Assembly: GCA_038087875.1 (NCBI GenBank)
Contig: CM075989.1
Coordinates: 2,232,001 to 2,296,000 of the forward strand
Source: Malacoraja senta
Lineage: Eukaryota
Length of the DNA: 64,000 nt
Direction: 5' to 3'
Part shown: in pieces, positions 40,362 through 53,500 of the stretch
How positions within the stretch are numbered: position 1 is the first letter of the stretch
Layout of the letters: the number at the start of each line of letters is the position of its first letter
The notes under the pieces: generated by a model
What the model was told of the DNA's origin: nothing
Seen by the model: the letters and a program-made list of their open reading frames with translations, nothing else
The model's database searches: none
Program-made: the position numbers and the translations under genes

Positions 40362-41243
40362 GGATTGGACAGGCTTGATGCAGGAAAAATGTTCCCGATG
40401 TTGGGAGAGTCCAGAACCAGGGGTCACGATTTAAGAATAAAGCGGTAGGCCATTTAGGACTGAGATGAGGGAAACCCTTTTCACCCTGAGAGTTGTGAAT
40501 CAGCGCCTCTACTTCCTGAGAAGATTACGGAGAGTCGGTTTGTCAAGGAGGACTCTCTCTAACTTCTACAGGTGCACAGTAGAGAGCATGCTGACCGGTT
40601 GCATCATGGCTTGGTTCGGCAACTTGAGCGCCCTGGAGAGGAAAAGACTACAAAAAGTAGTAAACACTGCCCAGTCCATCACCGGCTCTGACCTCCCCAC
40701 CATCGAGGGGATCTATCACAGTCGCTGCCTCAAAAAGGCTGGCAGTATCATCAAGGACCCACACCATCCTGGCCACACACTCATCTCCCTACTACCTTCA
40801 GGTAGAAGGTACAGGAGCCTGAAGACTGCAACGACCAGGTTCAGGAATAGCTACTTCCCCACAGCCATCATGCTATTAAACCTGGCTCGGACATAACACT
40901 GAACACTATATATTTATAGAATGCCTTGTAGTCAATGCCTACTATGTTCTGTTGTCCTGAAACAAAGCAAGAATTTCATTGTCCTATCAGGGACACATGA
41001 CAATAAACTCACTTGAACTTGAATCTGTGGAAAGTCAGTGGAGGCCAGTTTGCTGGATGTTTTCAAGAGAGAGTTACAGTAGATTTAGCTCTTAGGACTA
41101 ACGAAATCAAGGGATATAGGGAGAAAGCAGGAGCAGGGTACTGGTGTAGGATGATCAGCCATGATCATATTGAATGGTGGTGCTGGCTTGAAGGGCTGAA
41201 TGGCCTACTCCTGCACCTATTTTCCATGTTTCTATGTTTCTAT
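40362..41243 (+). mobile_element. CR1 3' fragment interrupted by a Rex1/Babar fragment
   Basis: gttgtgaatc|tgtgg split at ~40500 / ~41025. Confidence 0.8.
40501..41020 (+). mobile_element. Rex1/Babar-like LINE 3' end
   Basis: QRLYFLRRLRR...FYRCTVESMLTGCI...RFRNSYFP; aataaa plus (acttga)n tail. Related pieces at 46597-47010, 62950-63368, 9480-9816/11717-11810, 20439-20690 and 43440-43720. Confidence 0.75.
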
Positions 41244-42019
41244 CACATGTGACATGTCACAGTGAAATTCATTGTTTTACACACCATACACAAGGCATGT
41301 AAAGAGTCGCCACATACAGGATGTCAACACAGTTACAGTCCCCAATAGTCCCTCTGTCTATAGAACAGTACAGCACAGGAACAGGCCCTTCGGCCCACAA
41401 TGGCCATGCTGAATATGAAATCAGATTAAACTAATCTCCTCCTCCTGCAGGTGAACCACATCCCTCCATTCCCTGCATATCCGTGTGCCTAGAGTTCCAT
41501 GTGATTTGAGAATATCCAAACCTGCGTTTGAGTTGTTTTTCTTGCTGAGGTTATTAGTCAGGTGCTGGTGACTTTTTTTGACGTAAGTAGAATAACTGGA
41601 AATGTGAAAGTGAACCTGGGGTCAGGATCCAAGGAATGAAACCTGTGCTTCAGCTCGAGGCCCTAAAGTGGGTCTCATTATACAGGTTCTCAAATAGCAC
41701 AAACTGGTTCATTAAAGGCATGCTTCCTCTGGGTGTAAATGATGCTGTACTTTCATGTAGACTCAGAGCTGTTACGTTGACAGAAAGAGTTGTTGCGTGC
41801 TCTCTGATGGCAGAAGTGAGAGCCAGTTGCGACCTTTGCTACTCGTTGGATATGTCCAATAAAGGGAACGTACTTGATACTCTGCATTCCCAGAGTCAGG
41901 AAGAACACGAGAGAAATCGAGATTGCTTGTTTGGTTGAGTTTAGTTTGGAGATACAGAGCGGAAACAGACCCTCTGGCCCACCGAGTCCGCACTGACCAG
42001 TGATCCCCACACACACTAA

Positions 42020-42408
42020 AGACCCTGTCCCACTTAGGAGACCTAAACAGCAACCTCTGGTGACCTTGCCCGCCACCCAAAAAATAATCAAGGTCGAGGT
42101 GACCTGCAACCTCCTACCACCTCCCAGGCATATGTTCAAAACCTTCATCGTCTATGAAGAAACCGGCTTCGACTAGACCTGCGACAACAAAATAATCGAT
42201 TTTAAAAACGGCAACCTATTTTTAGTCGAGGCCGGTTTTAAACATGACGAAAAAATAGCAGCAACCTAGATGAAGCCTCGACCACGTGGAAACCACTTTC
42301 GACCATTACGGAGAGTGACCAAAACCTCCGGTGACCTCATGGAAACCTTGGGTGGCGGGCAAGGTCACCAGAGGTTGCTGATTAGGTCTCCTAAGTGGGA
42401 CAGGGGCT
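42020..42408. mobile_element. PIF/Harbinger-type MITE inside a SINE
   Basis: ~60-bp TIR agaccctgtcccacttaggagacc...; TAA/TTA flanks. Confidence 0.85.
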
Positions 42409-45400
42409 TTACACTACCCTACACACACTAATGGCAAAGTTGCAATTATACAAACCCAATTAACCTACAAACCTGTACCTCTTTGGAGGGTGGGAGGAAA
42501 CCTGAGCACCTGGAGAAAACCCACGTGGTCACGGGTAGAACGTACAAACTCCGTACAGACAGTACCCGTGGTCAGGATCGAACTTGGGTCTCTACGGCTG
42601 GAAGGCAGCAACTCTATCGCTGCGCCACCCACAGTGCCTGTATTATGTATTTAAATGCCAGAATGAACATTTATTGACTACAAATTGATACCCAATACTG
42701 ATCACTTCTTGGGACTTGACAGATGGGACTCAGGCGCTGCACCACATCCACTGGGCTTTTCCCCAGAATGACCAGTGATGGTGGAAACTCCACTGGGAAC
42801 TTCTCAGAAAGGTTGTGCTGCTTGTGCAGCAGATGCAATTGATGTGCAAAATAAGATGCATTTCTCTCCAAGCATCGCTCCTTTGAGCAAAGTGGTCTTT
42901 ATTCTGGGATCCAACCATCATTCACCACGCCTGGCATGTTGGAAGCACTGCACCAGACCCGAGAGCCACGAAGATAAATTCTGCTTACGATGAACCTTCT
43001 TACCCCTTTACCTGTGATAGACACTCTCACCACTGGCCTCCTGCCCCTGAGCCCAATCCCTCCCTATGCCCCTGGTAGTGCTGCTGCCTCACACCGTCCG
43101 AGACCTGGGCTCGATCCTGACCTCCAGTGCTGTCTGTGTGGAGTTTGAATGAATAAATTATACTTTATTTGCACGTTGCATGTTGCACGTTCTCCCTCTG
43201 ACCACGTGGGCTTCCTCCTGGTGCTCAGTTTCCCCGCACTTCCCAAAGACACGCGGGTTTGAGGGATGATTGGCCTCTGTAAATTGCCCCCTTGTGTGTA
43301 GGGAGTGGATGACATGGAACTAGTGTGAACGAGCATGGACTCAGTGGGCCGAAGGGCCTGTTTCCATTCTGTATCTCCAAACCTATAACTAACGCCCCCA
43401 CCCCCCTCCCATCTGACAAAGTGTGGCCTTAGCCCTCCACACCTCCAGATTCAGGGACTGCTTCTTCCCAGCTGTTATCAGGCAGCTGAATCATCCTACC
43501 ACAACCAGAGAGCAGTGCTGAACTACTATCTACCTCATTGGTGACCCTCGGACTACCCTTGATCGGACTTTGCTGGCTTTACCTTGCACTAAACGTTATT
43601 CCCTTATCATGTAGATGGCTCAATTGTAATCATGTATTGTCTTTCTGCTGACTGGATGGCACGCAACAAAGAGCTTTTCACTGTACCTCAGTACTCAGGA
43701 CAAGAAACTAAACGGAACTATAATACCTTGGAGCTTGGGTGCTACTGAAACTCTGCAGTAGCAAGTCCAAAATGATCCTTCATGCTGCAAGCAATAATCA
43801 TACAGTGTGCCATCAGGGAATGCTGGATCCTCCAGTCAAGAGGATTTATCCCTAACAAACAAAATCTAACGGTAACCACGGCCTAATTATCTCCCTACCT
43901 TAATTGGCAATGCTCATTTACAAGCTCAGTTTACATGCATTGTGGGACATTAAACACTGCCCGTTTAGTAAGGAGACAGCATACAGTCTGTGCAGCCTAT
44001 AAACCAATGCAGCCTTAAACTTCACTGAGATTCTGCTATATCTTGACAAAATGAAAAACAAAATGAAGCTGCATTTCCACATTCACCTTGCAACCTGCTG
44101 GAGATTGCTCTAAAGGCACGGCCGGGCCTGTGTTCATTTGCTGGTTTGTGGGACTGTGCTATGTAAAATTAATTAGAAATCACCCTCAAAAGTGTTTAAA
44201 TCCTAAAAGTAAGTTATTGGTTATGTAACACTTTGCCATGAAGTTCAAAATGTATGGAGATATGCTGTATGTAACATACTAGATACATACTAGATACAGA
44301 TTCTAGAGATGTGTCCGAACAGTGAGCCAGAATGTTGAAACAAGGAACTGCAAATACTGGTTTACACCAAAGGACACAAAGGGCCAGGCAGCATTTCTGG
44401 AGAACATGGATAGGTGACGTTCCGGGGCGAGACCCTTCTTCAGATTAATCATAGTGGGGGGGGGGGTGGGGAGGGGGGGGGGGAGAAAGTGGGAGAGAGG
44501 AGATGCAGGACAGCATGGTTTCCACAATTAAAATTGTCCATCAGAAAAGTCCCGACCTGAAATGTCACCAGGCTATCCATGTTCTCCAGAGATACTAACT
44601 GGCCCACTGAGTTACTCCAACAATTTATATCCAAAACAGTTGGATGTCTGAACACAGACAAGTCTCGGGCTGAAGTCACCCGGCATCCGTATCCGCACAC
44701 TTTATGATTAGATAGACACAAACTGCTGGAGTAACTCACACCGACGAAGGGACTCTACCAAAACATCACCCATTCCTTCTCTCCAAGGATGCTGCCTTCC
44801 CCACTGAATTACTGCAGCAATTTGTGTCTGTCTTCGGTGTGAAACAGCATCTGCAGTTCCTTCCTACACTTTTAGTTTAGTTTAGAGATTCTCTCTCTCA
44901 CCTGCTGGTATTCAGGATGGCTGTGGAGACCTGATCTGGCAGCAACTAATTTAACAAAGGCTTTGTCCCACTGCTCAGGATGCCCACATTAACACGCCAT
45001 GCTGCCTAGCTGCACATTGAAGCTTTGGGGAGCTTTCAACTGGAGTTGAATAAAACCCGCACAGGAAGGTCAGCACCAAATGTGAAATGAGCCCAGATAC
45101 TGAACACATGGCAAGGCAGCGAGCGCGTGGAGTGACTGCGCACCAGGCTCTATAATATCCCTACACACCAACTTCACACAGTACCAATGATCAAAACAAT
45201 TAGGCAGAGGATGGCATCTGCAATTTATTAAAGCATCGGATTGCAATCGTAAAATTGCCTTGATTTAATTATTTTTGTAAAGGTCAGGCAATGAGGATTA
45301 GACTCACAGTGTGATTGCAACGAGAAAAGAAGTAAATGAATTGTGAGGACGACGGCATTCATCTTAATCCTCCTCTCCGCACTCCTGCTGCTCACCCCAA

Positions 45401-45448
45401 CAGGCAGATAATGTCATCTCTCGTGTCTGCCCGCTTAATGCTAGTAAA

Positions 45449-45648
45449 NNNNNNNNNNNNNNNNNNNNNNNNNNNNNNNNNNNNNNNNNNNNNNNNNNNN
45501 NNNNNNNNNNNNNNNNNNNNNNNNNNNNNNNNNNNNNNNNNNNNNNNNNNNNNNNNNNNNNNNNNNNNNNNNNNNNNNNNNNNNNNNNNNNNNNNNNNNN
45601 NNNNNNNNNNNNNNNNNNNNNNNNNNNNNNNNNNNNNNNNNNNNNNNN
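45449..45648. other. Assembly gap (200 N)
   Basis: N run. Confidence 1.
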
Positions 45649-47834
45649 CTACACTGTAAATTGTAAACTGTGTTCATATTATATTCATAACCCATTGTGC
45701 CATTGCTAGCCTTTTGAAGGAGATATCAATTACTCTCAATCCCTTCCTTTCAATGTATGAATTGAACAATTCCTTCCCCATTGCCACCAATTCCTTTAAA
45801 TCTTCACTCGTTCAATAACAGATTAAGAGTAAAGTACAAACTGCTGGAGGAACTCAATGGGTCAGGCAGCATCTGTGGGGGGAAATGGAAAAACATAGAA
45901 CATAGAACAGGAACAAGCCCTTTGGCTCACAATATTCGCACTTGAGGTTGAACTAATTTCATCTGCCTGCATATGATCCTTATCCCTTAATTCCCTGCAT
46001 ATCCACGTGCCTCTTCAGTTACTACTGTATGTGTCCACCATCACCCCTAGCCACACATTCCATGCACCCCACCTCTCTGTGTGTAAAAATACTTGCCCTG
46101 GACATCTCCTTCAAGCTTTTCCCATTCACATTCAAGCTATGACTTCCAATCTTTGACATTTCTTCTCTGGGATGATGGTTCTGTCTACCCTATCTATGTC
46201 TCACATCATTTTATGTATCTCTAGCAGGTCTCCCTTCAGCCTTAGGCACTCCAGAAAAAAAAAAACCAACTTTGCGTTATCCTTGCATGAGTGCAAAGAC
46301 ACTTGGACAGATTCATGGATAGGAAAAGTTTTGAGGGATATGGTCATCATGGACAAGTTAGACAAAGGGTTTGTTTCCATGCTGTGTGACCCGATCATTC
46401 TCCTTGTATTTAATACTTTCTAATCCAGACAGCATTCAGATAAACCTTTTCTGCACCCTCTCCAAAGCCTCCACATCCTTCCTGTAATAGAGACCAACCT
46501 TTCAACGCTTTAACATATCAGAGCTCCTTGAGGTTCAGCCTCTTGAGCATAGTCAAAGGTAACCCCCCCACTGACAGCCACACCTTCACCTAGGAATGCC
46601 CTGGAGTGAAGAAGACTACAAAAAGTGGTGAACACTGCCCAGTCCATCACTGGTTCTGACCTCCCCACCATCGAAGGGATTTACCGGAGTCGCTGCCTCA
46701 AAAAGGCAGCCAGCATCATCAGAGACCCACACCACCCTGACCACACACTCATTTCACCCCTGCCATCGGGATGAAGGTACAGGAGCCTAAAAACTGTAAT
46801 GTCTAGGTTCAAGAACAGCTTCTTCCCTGCAGCCATTTGGCTATTAAACATAACAACCTCAAATAAGCTCTGAACTACATAGGCTATGTTCTCTCTAGTT
46901 TATGATATTGTTTACAGTGTACTATGTTTCCATCTTCTGTTGTGCTGCTGCAAGTAAGAATCTCATTGTTCTATCTGGGACGTTTGACAATAAAACATTC
47001 TTGTCTCTTGCTCTGTCATGCTGCCTGGTGTTGGAATCTGCTCCCTACACCTCCATGGAGCTGGATCTTTTCTCTCCACTCCTTTAGGACTCAGTCATGC
47101 CTCCAAACAACTGTTTAAATGCATCTTTTTTGTTACAGTGCTCCTGTGACCATGGAATGATTCTCCGTTACAAGTGCTATAACAACGCGCATTTTCCTTC
47201 TCGAATACTTAGTACTAACCAATATCACGATGAACCTGTTGACTTGCAAACATCAGACAAAAATAGATAAAAGTGCCTGCAGATAAAAAGCAGCAGAAGA
47301 ATTTAGATGAGTTGCACAAATCAGTTATGCAAATATTGTCGACGACTTTTAATTTAAAGGTGCTCAATTAGAATTATTCAACAATCCAAATTGAAAACCG
47401 CAAAGAACAAAATTGCTCCGTGATAGTTCTTTTAAAGTTCTTAATTTCAACTTGGGGTTGATTTAAATTTTCCTGGTGTGACAAACGACTTTGGAATTTG
47501 GAGTTGGGCCAATTATCAGCAGGGATCTGTTAGATTCAACTCCTTGGCCTTCTGAGTTCTATGACCTTCTCAGAGAGCTAGTTAAATGCATTACAGAAAA
47601 GCCTACACAGACCTGACACTGCACCGCACTGCGATGTACCAGGCCAGTGATCCAACACTGGGCCAGCTAACACACTGCTCACTGGAGCAGAACAGATGGG
47701 CAGTAGGAAGATCGGGAGCCCAGAGGGTCCGTTGATCTTTGTGGTGGGGCTGTTAAACTTCCTTGTGACTAAAATGCATTTATGATGATTCGTGTAACCG
47801 CTGATTATGGGCAATAATGGGATAATCTGTGGAA

Positions 47835-48465
47835 CGCCGTTGGTTGAGGTGAGATAGAAATATAGAAGCATAACGTATAGAAGTTGGGAGGTCATGTTGC
47901 AGTTGTATAAGACGTTGGTGAGGTCGCATTTAGAGTATTGTGTTCAGTTCTGGGCACCATGTTATAGGAAATATGTTGTCAAGCTGGAAAGGGTGCAGAG
48001 AAGATGTTGCCACGACTCGAGGGCCTAAGCTACAAGGAGAGGATGAGCAGGCTACAACTCTATTCCTTGGAGCACAGGAGGATGAGGGGTGATCTTATTG
48101 AGGTGTAAAAATCATGAGAGGAATAGATCGGGTAAATGCACAGAATCTCATGCCCAGAGTAGTTGAATCGAGGACCAGAGGACAGGTTCAAGGTGAAGGG
48201 GAAATGATTTAATAGGAATCTGAGGGGTACGTTTTTTGACACAAAGGTTGGTGGGTGTATGGAACAAGCTGCCAGAGGAGGTAGTTGAGGCTGGGACTAT
48301 CCCAATGTTTAAGGAACAGTTAGACAGGTACATGGATAGGACAGGCTTGGAGGGATATGGACCAAGCGCAGGCAAGTGGGACTAGTGTAGCTGGGACATG
48401 TTGGCCATTGTGGGCAAGTTGGGCTGTAGGGCCTGTTTCCACACTGTATCACTCTATGACTATAT
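47835..48465 (+). mobile_element. CR1 3' fragment
   Basis: Decayed LYKTLVRxHLEYCVQFW through the 3' tail. Confidence 0.8.
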
Positions 48466-49776
48466 AAAACGATGAGAAGCATAGATAGGGTAGACAGTCA
48501 GAACCTTTTTTCCCAGGGGGGAAATGGCAAACACTCAGGGGGCAGAGCTTTAAGGTAAGAGGAGCAGACGTTAAAAGAGATGATTAGTTTGTTTACACAG
48601 ATGGTGGTGGGTGCCTAGTGGTGGTGGAGGCTGTTAAAGTAATGGTCTTTCTGCTTTTAAATAGGTACATGGAAATGCAGGGATTGGAGGGATATGGATC
48701 ACTTGCAGGCAGAGGAATAGTTTCTCATGGCATCATGTATGATGCAGAGATTGTGAGTCCAAGGACATGTTCCTGGGCCACACAGTTCTTTGTTCTAAAA
48801 ACAGATTAGCTGGTCGTTTTCACACTGGTGTTTGTCAGTCCTTGCAAACTAACCACAGGTTTCATACACGTGACTGCACTTCTACACTGGACCAGATTAA
48901 AACTGATCAGAGACATCACTGCAAGAGGCTCCGTAAAAAGGCATGTCATAAGATCAGAAGTGATAGGAGTAGAATCAGGCCATTCGGCCCATCAAGTCTA
49001 CTCCGCCATTCAATCATGGCTGATCTATCTCTCCCTCCTAACTCCCTTCTCCCCATAACCTCTGACACCCCATACTAATGAATAATCTATCTCTCTCTGC
49101 CTTAATTATATCCACAGCCTTCTGTGGCAAAGAATTCCACAGATTCACCACCTCCTGACTAAAGAGTCTTTCCTTACCTGGTTCAAATGTCAGCATTTTG
49201 TATGGGTGATGCAGCCACCCAGCCCTGCCCATGGCCGAGCCCCCAAGGCTAAAATAAAGAGAGTGAGGACCCATTTGGGCTCTGCCTCATTCTCAGTCCG
49301 TCAGTGATGAAAATAGGAACATTTCAAATACTTTGGATTATACCGTCCAGAATCTAATTTAATTTGTTCATGTGTGGGCAAAGGGCCTGTTCCTGTGTGT
49401 ATTGTTCTGTGTTTGAATGACTGAATGAAAAGACAGCATTGAAACTGGCCCTTCGACTCGCCAAATCCACACTGACTCTCGATTATCCGTTTGAACTAGT
49501 TCTGTATTATCCCATTTTCTCATCCAGTCCTGACACACTAGGGGCAATTTATAGATGACAAATAACATACAAACATACAATGTCCTGGGGATGTAGGAGG
49601 AAACCGGAGCACCCGGAGGAAACCCACGCCGTCACAGGGAGAACATGTAAACTCCATACAGACAGCACCGGAGGTCAGCTCCCTGGCACTGTGAGACAAC
49701 AGCTGCATCACCGTGCCCCATGTCTATTAGCCAAACGAGAAGCAGACCTTTGTGTTAATGTTAATGAAAGAAATAA

Positions 49777-50083
49777 GGGCGGCACGGTGGCGCAGCGGTA
49801 GAGTTGCTGTCTTACAGCGCCAGAGACCCGGGTTCAATCCTGACTACGGGTGCTGTCTGTATGCAGTTTATACGTTCTACCCGTGACCACGTGGGCTTTC
49901 TCCGAGATCTCCGGTTTCCTCCCACACTCCAAAGACGTACAGGTTTGTAGCTTAATTGGCTTGGTATAAATGTCAAATTGGCCCTAGTGTGTGTAGGACA
50001 GTGTTAGTGTGCGGGGATCGCTGGTCGGTGCGGACTCGGTGGGCCGAAGGGCCTGCTTCCGCGCTGTATGTCTAAACTAAACT
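49777..50083 (+). mobile_element. tRNA-derived V-SINE (HE1-like), representative full copy
   Basis: A box tggcgcagcgg, B box ggttcaatcc, V-core gtttatacgttctacccgtg, CR1-like tail gggccgaagggcctg and (ctaaa)n. Other copies at approx. 4675-4967+, 5640-5955+, 5960-6188-, 8836-9060-, 9327-9470+, 12955-13255-, 16787-17090+, 17920-18445 (nested pair), 34220-34365-, 41935-42630-, 43068-43385+, 49430-49720-, 56220-56550-, 58155-58390+ and 60160-60443-. Confidence 0.85.
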
Positions 50084-50211
50084 ACAGTACAACAGTCAGC
50101 GCCCGTGGTTAACCAGCTGACGACTGGAATCATCGTTGTTGAATCAAAGCTAAAGCCGCTGCATAAACGTGGCTGGGATTGAGTCTGGTTTCTGCGCTCA
50201 GGAATACGCAC

Positions 50212-50366
50212 CGCACTGCGTGACGTTCATGTGGGAGAGGAGGATGTTGGTCGTCTCCGTCCGGCAGTAGAGCTGCTGATGCCCCAGCTGTGCTTCACCC
50301 GCATCCTGCCACAGCTGGATCCAGCGGATGTCACAGCTGCAGTTGAACAAGTTCCTCACCAAAACC
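50212..50366 (-). CDS. NTRK3: NTRK3/TrkC-like exon, LRR C-terminal cysteine cluster (VLVRNLFNCSCDIRWIQLWQDAGEAQLGHQQLYCRTETTNILLSHMNVTQC)
   Basis: 155-bp exon with ttctcctccag acceptor and gtgcgt donor, phase 2 to phase 1. FNCSCDIRWxQLWQ and LYC...MNxxQC motifs are characteristic of TrkC. Confidence 0.92.
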
Positions 50367-50567
50367 CTGGAGGAGAAGCAAGCAGCGGTCAGAGATTGAT
50401 CACATCTCCATACCTGTTCCATTACGTTCACTCGACCCCAGTCTGCCCTGCATCTGGAAGGAGGATTAGAGGAAAGAATAACCTTCTTCCACATTTCAAG
50501 GTCAAGTCAATGGATATTTTTAAGGTGGAGATTGAGAGATTCTTGATTAGTACAGGTTTAGGGAGTT

Positions 50568-53500
50568 AGGAGGGGAGTTAAAGAGAAGGACAGCAAAGGT
50601 AACAATCTCGGGATTACTGCCTGTGCCACGCGACAGTGAGAGTAGGAATGGAGCGAGGTGGAGGATAAATGCGTGGCTGAAGGACTGGTGCAGAGGGCAG
50701 GGATTCAAATTTCTGGATCATTGGGACCTCTTTTGTGGAAGGTTCGACCTGTACAAAAAGGATGGGTTGCACTTGAACCTGAGGGGGACCAATATCCTGG
50801 CAGGGAGATCTGCAAAGGCTACTGGGGAGACTTTAAACTAGAATGGTTGGGGGGAGGGACTCAAATAGAGAATGCTATTAGACAGTGTGTGAGGCAGGAG
50901 GCAGAGAAGGAAAGCACTCAGACCCAACATGTAGGGGGGAAAGAAGAAAACAATAATAAACAGAGAATAAGAGGTGGTGGGGTTCTTAAATGGGTGAGCA
51001 GAGAAACAGAGGGGTGTAAAATGCGGGCGGAAGCAATAGGTAGCAAGGTGAAAAGTAAAAGTGGCAGGCAGACAAATCCAGGGCAAAAATCAAAAAGAGC
51101 CACTTTTCAACATAATTGTATAAGGGGTAAGAGCGTTGTAAAAACAAGCCTGAAGGCTTTGTGTCTCAATGCAAGGAGCATTCGTAATAAGGTGGATGAG
51201 TTGAACGTGCAGATAGCAATTAATGATTATGATATAGTTGGGATCACGGAGACATGGCTCCAGGGTGACCAAGGCTGGGAGCTGAACATCCAGGGATATT
51301 CAATATTCAGGAGGGATAGTGAGAAAGGAAAAGGTGGTGGGGTAGTGTTGCTGGTTAGAGAGGAGATTAACACAGTGGAAAGGAAGGACATTAGCTTGGA
51401 GGATGTGGAATCGGTATGGGTAGAGCTGCGAAACACTAAGGGGCAGAAAACGCTGGTGGGTGTTGTGTACAGGCCACCTAGCAGTAGTAGTGAAGTTGGG
51501 GATGGCATCAAACAGGAAATTAGAAATGCGTGCAACAAAGGCAAAACAGTTATAATGGGTGACTTCAATCTACATATAGATTGGGTGAATCAAATTGGCA
51601 GGGGTGCTGAGGAAGAGGATTTCTTGGAATGTATGCGGGATAGTTATCTAAACCAACATGTAGAGGAACCAACAAGAGAGCAGGCTATTCTAGACTGGGT
51701 ATTGAGTAATGAGGAAGGGTTAGTTAGCAGACTTGTTGTGCGTGCCCCCTTGGGCAAGAGTGACCATAATATGGTTGAGTTCTTCATTAGGATGGAGAGT
51801 GACATTGTTAATTCAGAAACAACGGTTCTCAACTTAAAGAAAGGTAGCTTTGAGGGTATGAGACGTGAATTGGCCAAGATTGACTGGCAATTAGTTCTAA
51901 AAGGGTTGACGGTGGATATGCAATGGAAGGCATTTAAAGACTGCATGGATGAACTACAAAAATTGTTCATCCCAGTTTGGCAAAAGAATAAATCAGGGAA
52001 GGTAGTGCATCCGTGGATAACAAGGGAAATCAGGGATAGTATCAAAGCAAAAGATGATGCGTACAAATTAGCCAGAAAAAGCAGCATACCAGAGGACTGG
52101 GAGAAATTCAGAGACCAGCAGAGGAGGACATAGGGCTTAATTAGGAAAGGGAAAATAGATTATGAAAGGAAACTGGCAGAGAACATAAAAACTGACGGCA
52201 AAAGTTTTTATAGATATGTGAAGAGAAAGAGATTAGTTAAAACAAATGTAGGTCCCTTGCAGTCAGAAACAGGTGAATTGATCATGGGGAACAAGGATAT
52301 GGCGGACCAATTGAATAACTACTTTGGTTCCGTCTTCACTAAGGAAGACATAAATAATCTGCCGGAAATAGCAGGGGGCAAAGGAGATGGAGGAACTGAG
52401 TGAAATCCAGGTTAGTCGGGAAGTGGTGTTGGGTAAATTGAATGGATTAAAGGCCGATAAATCACCAGGGCCAGATAGGCTGCATCCCAGAGTACTTAAG
52501 GAAGTAGCTCGAGAAATAGTGGATGCATTAGTGCTAATTTTTCAAAACTCTTTAAATTCTGGAGTAGTTCCTGAGGATTGGAGGGTAGCAAAGGTTTTTT
52601 TTTTTTTTTTTTTTTTTAATTTTTATTTATTAGAAGTACATTACATCACAGCCACATACATTAATACTCGTCATTTATATCTTCTTACAATTAATGTACT
52701 CCCTTTATTTTTTTTTTTACGCTAAAGAAAGAAAAGATTGAAAGAGAGAAGAAAGTGAAGGAAAAAGTGCAAGTGTAGAAAAGTGTAGAAAATGTAACAA
52801 CAAACAAAAAAAAACAAAAGGACGAGGACCCTATGAAAGCGAAATTAAAGACAAAAAAAAAAAGGAGTTAAGAAATAGGCCCTAAGAAAAGAAAAGAGAG
52901 AGAGAAAAAAAGAAAAACAAATGTTTTTTTTTTTGAGCATCACGTAAATAGGACATACCAACTCTTCAACTATCATCCCCCCTTACCCGACCTCAATTTT
53001 TTATTTTTTTAAAGTACTTTTGCACCCTATGTTTGTAATAATTCTATAAATGCAGACCACCGATTAGGAAATGGGGAGATGCAGCGAGACCTGGGTGTCA
53101 TGGTACACCAGTCATTGAAAGTAGGCATGCAGGTGCAGCAGGCAGTGAAGAAAGCGAATGGTATGTTGGCCTTCATAGCAAGAGGATTTGAGTATAGGAG
53201 CAGGGAGGTTCTACTGCAGTTGTACAGGGTCTTGGTGAGACCACACCTGGAGTATAGCGTACAGTTTTGGTCTCCAAATCTGAGGAAGGACATTATAGCC
53301 ATAGAGGGAGTGCAGAGAAGGTTCACCAGTCTGATTCCTGGGATGTCAGGACTTTCATATGAAGAAAGACTGGATAGACTTGGCTTATACTCGCTAGAAT
53401 TTAGGAGATTGAGAGGGGATCTTATAGAAACGTACAAAATTCTTATGGGGTTGGACAGGCTAGATGCAGGAAGATTGTTCCCGATGTTGGGGAAGTCCAG

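Noticed and set aside
44901..45045. Possible missing Ig1 exon (cag|gtgag donor, ends SGLHSHPEYQQ)
   Set aside because: Lacks the Ig Cys and Trp, and has in-frame stops in the required phases.
49177..49248. Exon-like segment (ttttag acceptor, cag|gtaagg donor) on the minus strand
   Set aside because: No Trk similarity; has a stop in the phase-1 frame needed after exon 50212.
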